From a bacterium (GTDB lineage Bacteria; Sysuimicrobiota; Sysuimicrobiia; Sysuimicrobiales; Humicultoraceae), in the NCBI GenBank assembly GCA_041497675.1, contig JBGQGY010000002.1, forward strand, positions 14,731-78,730: a DNA stretch of 64,000 nt, given 5' to 3'. Numbering within the stretch: position 1 is the stretch's first letter; every line of letters starts with the position of its first letter. This document shows positions 19,074 through 28,620 of the stretch, in pieces. The notes under the pieces were generated by a model, which did no database searches, was not told where the DNA came from, and saw nothing but the letters and a program-made list of their open reading frames with translations. The translations under genes and the position numbers were made by a program.

Positions 19074-20387
19074 TTAGAACGTGATCTCTTGCAGTTCGCG
19101 GAAGCGGCCCGAACGTAATGGTTGCCCGTCACTTGCCTGCGCGAGCTCGCTGAAGTTGTCGCTCCTGGTGGTCACGACGGACACCACGTACATCAGTTCC
19201 TGCTCTATCTGACTCTGGAACTGCACCGCCAGCCTGGCCAAGTCGCTGGCATCGCCGACACCCTGATAGCGTGGCAGCGCGAGCGAACGGGACACCTCCA
19301 GGCGACCCAAGAAGTGACTGGCATATATCGCCTGGTTTCGCGCCGTCTGGCGGGGATTCTTGAACGACCGGTCGATGGCCCACGTGGCCATGAATGCCGA
19401 GTACATGCCCAGTACGACTCCAATCGAGAATATCGGGTCGACAAATGCGGCCGCGTCGCCCGTCAGAAAGAACCCAGGGCCCGAGAGCTGCGCGGGACGA
19501 TAGGAGTAATCGCGGATCATACGCGTGCTGCCCTCACAGAAGGTCGCGTGCTCGAGCAGCCGGTCAAGATACTGTGTCTCATAGCACTTACGCAAGAAGT
19601 ATTCCTCGAGCCCCTTGTCTGTGGCCTTGATACGCTTCAGGTGGTCGATCGGCACCACCAGACCGACACTCGTGCTCTCGCGCAGAGGGATATGCCACGA
19701 CCACCCCCACTCACCCAATTCCCCGACGGATGAGATAAATGTTGTGGGTGGGATCTGGCGGACGTGTTCGAACCCGTGCGCGCGACCGCCCGCGGCGACG
19801 TACTTCGATCCGGTGAAATACCCCCACACGCTCATGAAGCGAAACCCCTCGTCGATCACACGCATGCCGAGCTGTTTGGCGATGACGGCCCCCTGTCCGC
19901 TGGCATCGATCACGAATCGGCAGGCGATCCTGTCCGTTGCCTCGTCATCGGCCGCGCGGTACGCGACCGTGACGCGCTCGCCCCCGTTGAGGTCGACTTT
20001 GGTCGCCGACACGTCCTCAAACACCTGCGCGCCCTGTTCGCGGCTGTGCTCCAGCAGGATCTGGTCGAACCGATCACGCTCGACGTGCAGGGCCGGTCGC
20101 GTGTAGCCGAAGTCGGCGAAAGCGAGCTGTCGAATCACCCCGTGCCAAGCGTGCGTCCCACCGGCTTTCTTGATGAAGTCTTCTTCCTCAATTTTCTTCG
20201 TCGCGCCGAGCATGTCCGTATACTTCCAAAAGTGCGGGATGAGGCTCTCGCCGACGACATAGCGAGGGTGCCGGCGCTTCTCCAGCAGCACAACATCGTA
20301 CCCCTTTTGCCGCAGCAGCGTTGCCGCTGTGCTGCCGGCCGGCCCGCCGCCAATAACAACAACGTCGCACTCTCGCGGTATGCGCAT
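19074..20387 (-). CDS. Flavin-dependent halogenase (tryptophan-halogenase family)
   Basis: It carries an FAD-binding GxGxxG (VVVIGGGPAGSTAA), the family-defining WxWxIP motif (GWSWHIP) and a GDAA...FVDPIFSIG motif. Confidence 0.6.
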   Translation of the reverse strand: MRIPRECDVVVIGGGPAGSTAATLLRQKGYDVVLLEKRRHPRYVVGESLIPHFWKYTDMLGATKKIEEEDFIKKAGGTHAWHGVIRQLAFADFGYTRPALHVERDRFDQILLEHSREQGAQVFEDVSATKVDLNGGERVTVAYRAADDEATDRIACRFVIDASGQGAVIAKQLGMRVIDEGFRFMSVWGYFTGSKYVAAGGRAHGFEHVRQIPPTTFISSVGELGEWGWSWHIPLRESTSVGLVVPIDHLKRIKATDKGLEEYFLRKCYETQYLDRLLEHATFCEGSTRMIRDYSYRPAQLSGPGFFLTGDAAAFVDPIFSIGVVLGMYSAFMATWAIDRSFKNPRQTARNQAIYASHFLGRLEVSRSLALPRYQGVGDASDLARLAVQFQSQIEQELMYVVSVVTTRSDNFSELAQASDGQPLRSGRFRELQEITF

Positions 20388-20432
20388 TGGGAACCCTCTC
20401 GGATTCGTGACGACTGACGTTGACCTTTGCTC

Positions 20433-21386
20433 TTAGTCTTTGATTGAGGACTGAACCCACTTGATGGTGAGGTCGAGGACGTTGTCTTGCACGTCGAGGC
20501 TGGTGAGATTGTTCGGCATGCCCTCGATGGGCGCCAGGGTAATCCGGTCACCGGCCTGATCGAACAGCTCGCGATATGTTCCGGTCTGGAGCTGCACGAA
20601 ATCCCGATACATCGATGACCCGCGGCCGTAGACGAACATCACCGGCACGCCGCGGGACACCAAAGCACGGAGCGAGTCAACCACCGACTTCGAGAGCCAC
20701 TCGGTTTCCGCGCCACCGTTTCTCCGACGCCTGAACAGTTGGCCCGCCGCGAGGTGGAGTTTTCGCATCCACCGTTGGCGGCGGCGCGGGTCGCGCATCC
20801 CCCGCAGGATCCGCGTCCAGGCGCCGTGCCGCGCGGCATTCCGCACGTCGTCCAACGCCCACCGGTTCACGGCCTGCTCGGTCTGGCCGCGCTCGTGGAG
20901 AGGCGGTGAGATCAACGCCACGCCGAGAAGGTTGCGGGCGTGCTGAACGCCCAGCAGCGCGGTCCGAGCCCCGAAGCACCGGCCGATCAGGACGACCTTG
21001 TCGAGCCCGCGCCGGTGAAGTTCCTCGATTGCCCCATGCAGGTCCTGACCGAATGGCTCTTCGTTTGTCGCGAGCGTGATCACGGCGTGCTTGAGCGCGC
21101 TCCCACTCGAGGGCCCGCTGCTTTCACCGAACCCGCGATAGTCAAAACGTAGCACGTGGAATCCCAGCGCGGCGAGGCGCCGGGCCAGACGTGGTTGAAC
21201 GCGGTTTCGGTCCGACGTCGCGTTGAGCAGCACAACACCGATCCCACGAGGGGGCCCCAGGGGCTCCGTCAAGATCCCAAAGGCCCGGTCATCTGCCACC
21301 GGAAACCGCACGGGGATCTCCGTGCGGCTGATCGCTTCGGCCTCAATCAACTGATCGTGCGGTGTTGCCGTGCTCGCGTTCGCCAT
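20433..21386 (-). CDS. Alpha/beta-fold hydrolase
   Basis: The product has an HVLRFDYRGFGESSGP region and a nucleophile-elbow context, and is similar in size and type to 26052..26948. Confidence 0.7.
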   Translation of the reverse strand: MANASTATPHDQLIEAEAISRTEIPVRFPVADDRAFGILTEPLGPPRGIGVVLLNATSDRNRVQPRLARRLAALGFHVLRFDYRGFGESSGPSSGSALKHAVITLATNEEPFGQDLHGAIEELHRRGLDKVVLIGRCFGARTALLGVQHARNLLGVALISPPLHERGQTEQAVNRWALDDVRNAARHGAWTRILRGMRDPRRRQRWMRKLHLAAGQLFRRRRNGGAETEWLSKSVVDSLRALVSRGVPVMFVYGRGSSMYRDFVQLQTGTYRELFDQAGDRITLAPIEGMPNNLTSLDVQDNVLDLTIKWVQSSIKD

Positions 21387-21413
21387 GATGCAGACCCCTC
21401 AAGAGTAGAATGC

Positions 21414-22937
21414 TTACGCCTGCTCCGCCGCACGCCGCCTCGGACTTCGCCGGCCGGGGACCACTTCGCGGATTGCGCGGACCAACCCGCGAATAACCTG
21501 CGGGTCGATCAGCCACAGCGCGGCGGCGTAGGTCACGGCTCCGGCCGCAATCAGGATGATCAACACGACGACTTCGGGCAAGTGGGCATGGCCCTCAAGC
21601 ACCCACATCAGCGTGGCCACAACGGCGGCCATGATCGTGCATCCGATGACCGTCGCGTTCAGGGCGGCCCACACATCCCTAACGGTCATGCCGATCGCCT
21701 GGGACACGTAGCGATAGACGATCGGCATCAACGCGATGGTGGCGACCAGATAGCCTGCGGCGACGCCGATGATTCCCCAATGGAGCCCGACGACGAACGC
21801 CGGCAGGTAGAGGCCGACGGAAAACATGGACAGACGCAGGCGCAGACCCGGCTTGCCGGTGGCCTCCAGCCCTGTCGGCCAGAACGTCGTCAGCAGGCGC
21901 AGGAACCCGGCGATGGTCAGCACCCGGATGACCGGCACAGCCGGCAGCCACTTCGCGCTAAACACCACACTCACGGCCAGCGGGGCGACGAGGGCCAGAC
22001 CGACCAGCATCGGCAACGTCACCATCGTCACATACTGGGTGGCGCGCATGAAAGCGTTTTTGAAACGCACCGCGTCGTCCTGTAGCCTGGACAGGGCTGG
22101 GAAGAACACCCGGTTGAGCAACCCGATGTCGTTGAGCGGCGCCAGAAAGACGGAATAGCCAAACGTGTAGTAGCCCAACGCCGTCGCCCCCAGATACCGG
22201 CCGACGAGCAAGTTGTCCATTTGCCGCACGAAGTAGTCGAACAGGGACGCCCCCTGCAGCCGGCCGCCAAAGGACCAGAGTTCAAGAAACTTCGAACGGA
22301 CAAACACGAACCGCGGCCTCCAGCCGGTAGCGCGCCAGAGCAGAAGGGTCCCGGAGGCGTACATCGTGAGCTCCTGACCGACGAAGCTCCACACGCCCAT
22401 ACCGCGGTACGCCATCGAGATCCCGACCACACCGCCGACCAGCGTCGCCGCCATCGAGCGAAAGGCCAGCAACCGGTAGTCCATGCGCCGGGACACGATG
22501 GCCATCTGCATGGATGCGCCCGAGATGATCAAGAAACTCAGGGACAGCACCGACAGCACGCGACCGACCAGCGGATCGCCAAGCCAGCGCCCGACGAGGA
22601 TGCCTGCGAGGGCGCCGAACGCCGCAAGGATGACGCCGAGCGTCACGCTTGCCCAGAAGCCTGTGGACAGATACTCGTCGTCGATCTCCCGGCGCTGAAT
22701 GATTGCTGAACCCATCCCCATGCTCCCGATGATGCGGAGGAACGTGAGGAAGACCGCGGCCAGCGCAAAGACGCCGTAGTCCTTTGGGAGCAACAGGCGC
22801 GCCAGGACGACCGCAAAGATCTGGTCAACGACCCGGCGCCCGAATTGATCACCGCCGAACCACAGGATCCCACGCATTGTCGCCGCGCGAAGCCGATGCA
22901 ACGGCACGCCGGCGGCGGTGGTTATCTGTTCAGACAT
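21414..22937 (-). CDS. Wzx-type oligosaccharide flippase (MOP/polysaccharide biosynthesis protein family)
   Basis: A 507-aa protein with about 14 TM helices and a conserved N-terminus (VVDQIFAVVLARLLLPKDYGVFALA...GSAIIQR). Confidence 0.75.
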   Translation of the reverse strand: MSEQITTAAGVPLHRLRAATMRGILWFGGDQFGRRVVDQIFAVVLARLLLPKDYGVFALAAVFLTFLRIIGSMGMGSAIIQRREIDDEYLSTGFWASVTLGVILAAFGALAGILVGRWLGDPLVGRVLSVLSLSFLIISGASMQMAIVSRRMDYRLLAFRSMAATLVGGVVGISMAYRGMGVWSFVGQELTMYASGTLLLWRATGWRPRFVFVRSKFLELWSFGGRLQGASLFDYFVRQMDNLLVGRYLGATALGYYTFGYSVFLAPLNDIGLLNRVFFPALSRLQDDAVRFKNAFMRATQYVTMVTLPMLVGLALVAPLAVSVVFSAKWLPAVPVIRVLTIAGFLRLLTTFWPTGLEATGKPGLRLRLSMFSVGLYLPAFVVGLHWGIIGVAAGYLVATIALMPIVYRYVSQAIGMTVRDVWAALNATVIGCTIMAAVVATLMWVLEGHAHLPEVVVLIILIAAGAVTYAAALWLIDPQVIRGLVRAIREVVPGRRSPRRRAAEQA

Positions 22938-22968
22938 TGGTGTAGGTTCTGTCCGGCTGGGAGCTCAA

Positions 22969-23235
22969 TCAGGCGCCCGCGCGGCCGCGGTCGAGCATCT
23001 TCTTGTCGACCAGGCTCGCAATCGACGCAATCGTGCCAAAATTCGCCGGAACGAGTTCCTCGTCGGCTAGCTCGATCCCAAATTGCTGTTCCACGAAGGA
23101 CACGAGCATCAGCAGACCCATGGAGTCGACCACGTGATTCTCGATCAACCCAAATTCGGGCGTCAACGCGCCCTTTGTCTCATCCCAGTGCAGTTCACTC
23201 AAGAGAAAGTTTCTCACCGTCACGGCTGTTGTCAC
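22969..23235 (-). CDS. Acyl carrier protein
   Basis: An 88-aa four-helix protein with a phosphopantetheine-attachment motif (VVDSMGLLMLVSFVEQQFGIEL). An AAGGAGGA Shine-Dalgarno lies 10 nt upstream of the GTG start. Confidence 0.75.
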   Translation of the reverse strand: MTTAVTVRNFLLSELHWDETKGALTPEFGLIENHVVDSMGLLMLVSFVEQQFGIELADEELVPANFGTIASIASLVDKKMLDRGRAGA

Positions 23236-23281
23236 CTAGCTGTCCTCCTTCTGGAAACCCGGCTTTTTGTGGTTCACCAGC

Positions 23282-23298
23282 CCGCACATTATGTGCGG
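23282..23298. repeat. Perfect palindrome CCGCACAT-TA-TGTGCGG that spans the stop codon of the AMP-ligase gene, immediately upstream of the ACP gene
   Basis: Read directly from the sequence. The TAA stop (23289-23291) sits in the loop of an 8-bp-arm hairpin. Confidence 0.4.
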
Positions 23299-24886
23299 TT
23301 GGGGACCGTTGACGCCGGCGCCGCCAGAGCGGTCCGGTCGGTCTTGCCCGTCGACGTCTTGGGTAGGGCCGGCACAAACTCAAAGATCTCCGGCAGCATG
23401 TATCGGGGCAGCAGCCCGGCGCAGAACTTCGTCAGGTCGCCGTCGTCCACGGCCGGGTTGTTCGTCACGACGAAGGCCTTGATCCGACTACCCACCACAT
23501 CGTCCGGGATGGCGATGACGGCGCATTCGGCCACGGCCGGGTGCGCGGAGAGCGCCGACTCGATGTCGCCCAACTCGATGCGGTACCCCCGACTCTTGAT
23601 CTGGTGATCCCGGCGCCCCAGAAAGATGGTGTGGCCGTCCGCACGTCGCCGGACCAGGTCGCCCGTCCGATAGACTCGGCCTTTCATCGGTCCTGACGGA
23701 TTCTGCAGGAACGCCCGGGTCGTGCGCTCCGTATCCCCCCAATAGCCCTGCGCCACCGTGTCGCCCCGCACCTGGAGTTCACCGACCTCCCCGTCGGCCA
23801 TCGGCTGTCCCGACTCGCCGACCACAAACACGTCGACGCCGCCGATGGGCACACCGATAGGAATAGACTCGGTCTGGTCTGCCGGCAAGAGCGGTACCGG
23901 GTAATACGTGCAGACGTTGGTCTCCGTCGGCCCATAGAGGTTGGTGAACACCGCGTGCGGTACCAACCCCATCAGCGCCCGCAGGTGTTTGGTCGGGAAC
24001 ACCTCACCCGCAAAGATCAGGTGCCGGAGCGTGCGCAACCGCCCAACGGTCAGGTTGCCGCGCAGCACCAGAAGCGTCAGCACGGAGGGTACCGAGTACC
24101 ACATCGTGATGCCGCGGTCCTCGATGAACCTGGCCAGCTGCACCGGAAAGACCGAGATCTCGGGAGGGACGATGGCCAGGGCCGCTCCGGCCATCGCCGC
24201 CGCGAAGATATCGAGGATCGTCAGATCGAAGTGCAGCGGCGCATGATTCGAGAACACGTCCTCGGGCGTCCCGCCAAAGTAATCATGACACCACCCAACA
24301 AACGCCAGCGCGTTTCGGTGCGACAGCATCACGCCCTTCGGTTGTCCCGTCGATCCCGACGTGTACAGGATATAGGCCAGGTCGCCGCTGCTGCCCTCGA
24401 CGGTGTGCGCGGCGGTCGGCGCGGCTTCCAGCGCATCGGTCCCCAGGCACCGTACGCCTTCCGGTGTAGCGCCTTCGTCACCTCGGGCGTCCAGGACGAC
24501 CAGGTGCTGGAGCGGGGCACCCGCGCCTACGAGCCCGCTCCACTCTCGAGATTTCTCCCGATGCGTCACCAGGCAGCGGACTCCACAGTCGCGGGTAATA
24601 TACCCCAGACGCTGGGCCGGGGCGGCCGGGTCCAGCGGTACATAGGCGGCACCGGCCTTGAGGATGCCGTAGATGCCCACGATGGCCTCGTTACATTTGT
24701 TCAAGAAGAGGCCGACGCGATCGCCCGGGCGGATTCCGGCTTCGCGCAGCGCAAACGCCAGTTGATCGGCGCGACGGTCGAGCTGCGCGTACGTCATGAC
24801 CCCGCGTGTATCCCGCAGCGCAATGCGACCCGGGAATCGGTTCGCGGCCTCCGCAACGAGGTGGGGCAACAGCACCGCGTTCACAG
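23289..24886 (-). CDS. AMP-dependent synthetase/ligase (adenylate-forming acyl or aminoacyl ligase)
   Basis: It has the adenylation core motifs (YTSGSTGQPKGV, YGPTE) and a TGD...K region. The start is trimmed to a GTG that overlaps the acyl-CoA dehydrogenase stop as GTGA; the track ORF begins 54 codons upstream. Confidence 0.85.
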
Positions 24887-26026
24887 CCCGAGGCCTCCGG
24901 CGATGATGTTCCGCTGGATCTCCGACGTCCCCGAGTACAGCCGGCTTCCAACGGCGTCGCGAAGTTCGCGTTCCAATTCGTACTCGGCCGTGTATCCGTA
25001 TCCGCCGTGAATCTGCACCGCGTCGAGGCTGGATTCCACAAAACATTCGCTCAAATAGAGCTTAACCATCGCCGATTCCATCGCCGTGCGTTTGCCCTGA
25101 GTCTTCAACCAGCCTACCTTGTACAGCAAGAGCCGCGCGGTCTCGAGCCGGACCTTCATGTCGGCGATCCGGTGCGCCACGGCCTGAAACTTGCCGATAG
25201 GCTGACCAAACTGTGTCCGCTCCTTCGCGTGCGCGACGCACCGTTCGAGCTGCCGCTGCATCGTCCCTACCGCCGTCGCGAGTATGCAGGTACGCTCCCA
25301 GTCCATCGACGTGTTGAAGATCGTCGAGCCGGCGCCTGGAGCACCCAGCAGGTTCTCATCGGGAACCTCGCAACCGTCCAGGGCCAGCTCGCCCATCGGG
25401 GATGTTCGGAGTCCCATCTTGTGTATCTGACCGGCTACCGACAGACCCGGTGTCTGCCGCTCCACAATGAAGGCCGAGAGCCCGGCAAATCCCATCGCTG
25501 GATCAGTCCGGGCAAATACGAGAAAGACATCGGCGACGGGAGCATTCGTGATGAACGTCTTGCTGCCGGCGATCACATACCCACCGCTCGTCTTACGGGC
25601 CGTGGCACGAAGGCTGAATGCGTCCGAGCCGGACATCGGTTCGGTCATGGCCTGGACGCCGATCATGGTCCCGTCGCACAGCCGGGGTAAGTAACGCTCC
25701 TTTTGGTCTTCTCGCCCGAACTTCCACAAAGGGAGCTGAAAACTCCACATCTGCGCGTTGAGGGAGAATAACAGCCCGTTGTCTCTGCACGCGTATCCAA
25801 GCGCTTCCAGCGCGATCAGCGTCGTCAACGGGTCCAGACCGCCACCGCCATAGGCCTCAGGAAACGGCAACCCTTGAATCCCAAATGTGCCGCATTTCTC
25901 CCACAGCGCGCGCGAAAAATCGCCGTGCAGATCACGTGTCAACAGGTCGTCACGCAGTTCGCGCTCGGCGAACCGTGTCACGGCCTGCTGAAGCTGCTCT
26001 TGGTCTTTGGTCAGCGAGAAGTCCAT
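24881..26026 (-). CDS. Acyl-CoA dehydrogenase
   Basis: A 381-aa protein with canonical acyl-CoA dehydrogenase N-terminal, middle and C-terminal domains (MTEPMSGSD..., YSGTSEIQRNIIA). Confidence 0.9.
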   Translation of the reverse strand: MDFSLTKDQEQLQQAVTRFAERELRDDLLTRDLHGDFSRALWEKCGTFGIQGLPFPEAYGGGGLDPLTTLIALEALGYACRDNGLLFSLNAQMWSFQLPLWKFGREDQKERYLPRLCDGTMIGVQAMTEPMSGSDAFSLRATARKTSGGYVIAGSKTFITNAPVADVFLVFARTDPAMGFAGLSAFIVERQTPGLSVAGQIHKMGLRTSPMGELALDGCEVPDENLLGAPGAGSTIFNTSMDWERTCILATAVGTMQRQLERCVAHAKERTQFGQPIGKFQAVAHRIADMKVRLETARLLLYKVGWLKTQGKRTAMESAMVKLYLSECFVESSLDAVQIHGGYGYTAEYELERELRDAVGSRLYSGTSEIQRNIIAGGLGL

Positions 26027-26051
26027 CGACGCAAACGCTCCATGTCCTGCA

Positions 26052-26948
26052 TCAAACGGCGGGAATCGTGCGCGTGAGCCACGCAGCCGACGCCTCCACG
26101 ATCACTCTCGGGGAGGGCATGGGACTATCGACAAAGGCCCACGCCCCTTCGCCGAGGATCACCGTGGCTTCGACGGAACAGCCGGCCGCAACCAACGCAT
26201 CTTGCAGCCTCGCGAACTCGGGCTTGACGGCCTGTTGGGGGCTGATCTGCACCAACAGGACCGGCCGGGCGCCGGCGGCAGCCAATTGCGTCAGGCTCCG
26301 GCCTTCCGCGCTGTTGTACAACGCGCGGTGAATTGGATATCCCAACGTATCCAGCACGCCCACGGCAGCCACGCGCTCCACGGCCTGCGTCACGGTCAAA
26401 GCGCTCGCACCCCCGGCGAGGGCGCTGATCTGGCTCGCGCGGAAGATCTCTCGAAAATATCCCCGACCGTCCATGACGGGTTCCCACAGAATTAGCGGAG
26501 CGCCGGGATGTTGCAGCGCCGTGAGCGCGGCAACCAGACCGCCCCACCGTCCGCCGCAAAACGCCAACGCGGAAACTCCAGTGCGGGTCTTGAGATACTC
26601 GACCGCCGCGGCGGTGTCCTCAAGCATCGTATCGAGGGTCGTGTCGTCAAACGCGCCACTGCTGTGCCCGGTCCCGCGGTAGTGGAAGCGAATCGTCGCG
26701 AGTCCGGCCTTCGCGAAGGCCCGCGCGGTCAGGACATGGGTACCGTACATCTTGTGCTCTTCGGCGAGCATTCCCTGGCACATCACCACACCGGCGCGCG
26801 GCGCCGCTTCACCCCGGTGAACCACGCAAAAGAGCTCCCCGTGCTGCGTGGGGAGAAACATCGCATCCTCGTACACCTGCTCCGCCGGATCGACATACCG
26901 GGCGACGCGCGGCGGAACGGTCATGCCCACACTTTCAACCCTTGCCAT
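26052..26948 (-). CDS. Alpha/beta-fold hydrolase
   Basis: A 298-aa protein with an RFHYRGTGHSSG region, followed by a nucleophile elbow near AFCGGRWGG. Confidence 0.65.
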   Translation of the reverse strand: MARVESVGMTVPPRVARYVDPAEQVYEDAMFLPTQHGELFCVVHRGEAAPRAGVVMCQGMLAEEHKMYGTHVLTARAFAKAGLATIRFHYRGTGHSSGAFDDTTLDTMLEDTAAAVEYLKTRTGVSALAFCGGRWGGLVAALTALQHPGAPLILWEPVMDGRGYFREIFRASQISALAGGASALTVTQAVERVAAVGVLDTLGYPIHRALYNSAEGRSLTQLAAAGARPVLLVQISPQQAVKPEFARLQDALVAAGCSVEATVILGEGAWAFVDSPMPSPRVIVEASAAWLTRTIPAV

Positions 26949-26979
26949 GGCACCCTCCTGATCGACACACGGGTATCAT

Positions 26980-28620
26980 TCAGCGTGCCGTGACGCGATA
27001 GACGCCGTATTCGGCATCCTCATATGCGGGGTGCAGGCGACCGCAAGTCCCATCGGTTTGCGCCCGTCGAAGCACCACGTGAGTCACGGCATAGCGGCGC
27101 ACCACATCCGAAAGCGTCTGGCAAACCAGCGCCGGATCGTTGAGCCGAGACAGCCCCCAGGCCGTTTCAGACCGAGAAACCCACTCGACCAGTTCCACGT
27201 CCTTGTACGGAATAGATTTGCGATCGACGAAGACCGGGGCGCCCGTGTAGAGCCGGAACCGCTCCAGCACAGGGGGGATCAGGTACAGATCGCCAAGAGA
27301 CTTGGTCCTTCGCACGAAGTCCATCACGGGCACGCTGGCATCCTGTCTGTCCTCGTCCGCGAGTCGTTGCGTGTACTGCCAGCCGCCGACCATGAGCAAC
27401 ACGAGGGCCACGGCGCATCCCCATGTCAGGAGACGTTCTCGTTGGGCAGTGTCTTTCACAAACCGACTGTCGAACCAGGACACAAGAGCGGCCGCCAGCA
27501 CACTTGTCGCTACCGGAACCACATACACGGACAACCGCCACGGAAACAGCAATGCCAGGCCGGGGCTTCCCGATACCACCTGGACCACGGTGAGCACGAC
27601 ACCGACCACCGTGGAGATCAGCAGCACGGCGAAGAGCCGTGGCGATCGCCGGGCGACGACAAGTCCGGCACACACCAAGACTATTTGCACGTACGCAGGC
27701 GTGCCGAGCCACCGGTGGACAAGTGCATGGTGTTGCAACCGCACATTCATCAGAACGTCCTGCGCGGCCGCCCATGCCGATGGGGAGGTCGGACGGAACG
27801 CGACCACCACGTACGCGGCCATTGGCAGCAGCAGCAGCGCTCCGAGAATCCCGATACCGACGGCCTGCCGAGTATCTCGAGTCTCCTTGATGATGACGAG
27901 TACGTACGACAGGATCAGCACGCCGGCTGCCAGCAGGTACGCGGGATGCAAGATGGCGGCCGCGGCTCCGTGGACGACGGCGACCTTCCGACGGTCTTGT
28001 GCGAACGCGTGGATGGACGCGATGAGGAACACTCCGGCCATACTCGGCTGCAGAATATCTCCCATCAGGAACTGCCCGGCAACACCATTCGTGAATACCG
28101 CCCGCAGGTCGATGCCGAGGGTCGGCAGCGACAGCGCGGCCAGCAGCGCCGAGTGTATCCCCAACAACAGCATCACGTACGCCGCCAGCCTGGTCCGTGA
28201 GGCGTCCACCGGCACAGTGCGCAAAGTCAGACCGATGAGCCCGCTAAAGTAGACGCCGGCCAGAACCATGAAGTAGACGAAAAACAACCCCTCGTGAAGA
28301 TAGCGCGTAGTCAACTCGACCAGGAAGCTGAATATGGGCGTCGGGTCAACCGTCGTCGCCAGCCAGTCGTGGCGCAGGAGACCCACGCCGGCCCGGGCAA
28401 ATCCATGAAGGAAGTATTGATTTTGATTCGATGTGTACAGCGGCGCCTGTCCGTAGATCACACCCCCGACAATCGCCAGGATGGCGAACGTGCCCAGGCG
28501 CAGGAGCATGACGCGAACGGCGGCCACGCTCCCGGATGGCCATGCCGGAGCGGGTTCGACCTTCGGCCCCGCCTCGGTGGCGGTTGCCCGCCCGGCGTCC
28601 AGGCTGAAGCCCTTCATGTG
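26980..28620 (-). CDS. Large polytopic membrane protein, paralog of 17398..19053
   Basis: It has the same architecture and shared motifs (NQNQYFLHGFARAG, LRHDWLA, IPYKDVELVEWVSR...THVVLRRAQ). The start is trimmed to M at about 28620 (an alternative is about 28509), because the track ORF overlaps the upstream methyltransferase by more than 100 nt. Confidence 0.6.
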   Translation of the reverse strand, partial: HMKGFSLDAGRATATEAGPKVEPAPAWPSGSVAAVRVMLLRLGTFAILAIVGGVIYGQAPLYTSNQNQYFLHGFARAGVGLLRHDWLATTVDPTPIFSFLVELTTRYLHEGLFFVYFMVLAGVYFSGLIGLTLRTVPVDASRTRLAAYVMLLLGIHSALLAALSLPTLGIDLRAVFTNGVAGQFLMGDILQPSMAGVFLIASIHAFAQDRRKVAVVHGAAAAILHPAYLLAAGVLILSYVLVIIKETRDTRQAVGIGILGALLLLPMAAYVVVAFRPTSPSAWAAAQDVLMNVRLQHHALVHRWLGTPAYVQIVLVCAGLVVARRSPRLFAVLLISTVVGVVLTVVQVVSGSPGLALLFPWRLSVYVVPVATSVLAAALVSWFDSRFVKDTAQRERLLTWGCAVALVLLMVGGWQYTQRLADEDRQDASVPVMDFVRRTKSLGDLYLIPPVLERFRLYTGAPVFVDRKSIPYKDVELVEWVSRSETAWGLSRLNDPALVCQTLSDVVRRYAVTHVVLRRAQTDGTCGRLHPAYEDAEYGVYRVTAR

